In this document: one piece after another, positions 63,260 to 64,000 of the stretch
How positions within the stretch are numbered: the first letter of the stretch is position 1
Layout of the letters: each line of letters begins with the position of its first letter
NCBI RefSeq assembly: GCF_020745735.1
Contig: NC_083417.1
Coordinates: 72,354,001-72,418,000 of the forward strand
Direction: 5' to 3'
DNA from: Hemiscyllium ocellatum
Taxonomy: Eukaryota
Length of the DNA: 64,000 bases
The notes under the pieces: model-generated
What the model was told of the DNA's origin: nothing
What the model saw: only the letters and a program-made list of their open reading frames with translations
Database searches by the model: none
Program-made: the position numbers and the translations under genes

Positions 63260-64000
63260 TCAGGTCAAAGTGTTGAATTCGGCTGCAAATGTGTTGCTGG
63301 TCAAAGCACAGCAGGTCAGGCAGCATCTCAGGAATAGAGAATTCGACGTTTCGAGCATAAGCCCTTCATCAGGAATAAGAGAGAGAGAGCCAAGCAGGCT
63401 AAGATAAAAGGTAGGGAGGAGGGACTGGGGGGAGGGGCGATGGAGGTGGGATAGGTGGAAGGAGGTCAAGGTGGGGGTGATAGGCCGGAGTGGGGTGGGG
63501 GCGGAGAGGTCAGGAAGAGGATTGCAGGTTAGGAGGGCGGTGCTGAGTTGAGGGAACCGACTGAGACAAGGTGGGGGGAGGGGAAATGAGGAAACTGGAG
63601 AAATCTGAATTCATACCTTGTGGTTGGAGGGTTCCCAGGCGGAAGATGAGGCGCTCCTCCTCCAGCCGTCGTGTAGTTGTGTTCTGCCGGTGGAGGAGTC
63701 CAAGGACCTGTATGTCCTCGGTGGAGTGGGAGGGAGAGTTAAAGTGTTGAGCCATGGGGTGATTGGATTGGTTGGTTCGGGCGGCCCGGAGGTGTTCTCT
63801 GAAGCGTTCCACAAGTAAGCGGCCTGTCTCACCAATATAGAGGATGCCACATCGGGTGCAGCGGATGCAATAGATGATGTGTGTGGAGGTACAGGTGAAC
63901 TTGTGGCGGATATGGAAGGATCCCTTGGGGACTTGGAGGGAAGTGAGTGTGGAGGTGTGGGCGCAAGTTTTACATTTCCTGCGGTTGCAGGGGAAGGTGC
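63260..64000 (-). mobile_element. Penelope element 3' end (GIY-YIG + terminal repeat), runs off the window
   Basis: ERFREHLRAARTNQSNHPMAQHFNSPSHSTEDIQVLGLL..EEERLIFRLGTLQPQGMN. Confidence 0.92.
63339..63376 (-). ncRNA. Minimal type I hammerhead ribozyme motif in a Penelope terminal repeat
   Basis: Minus strand auuc-CUGAUGA-a-GGGC(uuau)GCUC-GAAAC-GUC-gaau: conserved core, stem II, palindromic ACGU and stem I auuc/gaau. Confidence 0.8.

Overview
Eukaryotic, repeat-rich genomic DNA, most likely from a shark. This is inferred from many HE1-type tRNA-derived SINEs with CR1-derived tails, abundant CR1 LINEs and Penelope elements. The one intact host gene I can reconstruct is a + strand, 8-coding-exon, ~359-aa immunoglobulin-superfamily receptor (29317-45030). 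Its layout is leader - germline-joined VJ-type domain - C1-set domain - uncharged TM - tail with ITIM, ITSM and ITIM motifs. All seven predicted introns are GT-AG and phase-compatible. The first ~11 kb hold the rearranged 3' end of a paralogue whose last ITIM tyrosine has become Cys and whose TM/ITIM exons are not found. That region also holds a decayed RBPMS2-like processed pseudogene, an unclassified element with 167-bp inverted arms, and a young CR1 whose ORF2 is interrupted by a SINE. A near-identical copy of that CR1 lies inverted at 47.8-49.3 kb. Penelope terminal repeats carry minimal hammerhead-ribozyme motifs, and several occur as ~210-bp fold-back mini-elements with target-site duplications. 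Everything is from manual reading; boundaries of degenerate repeats are approximate and no database search was run.
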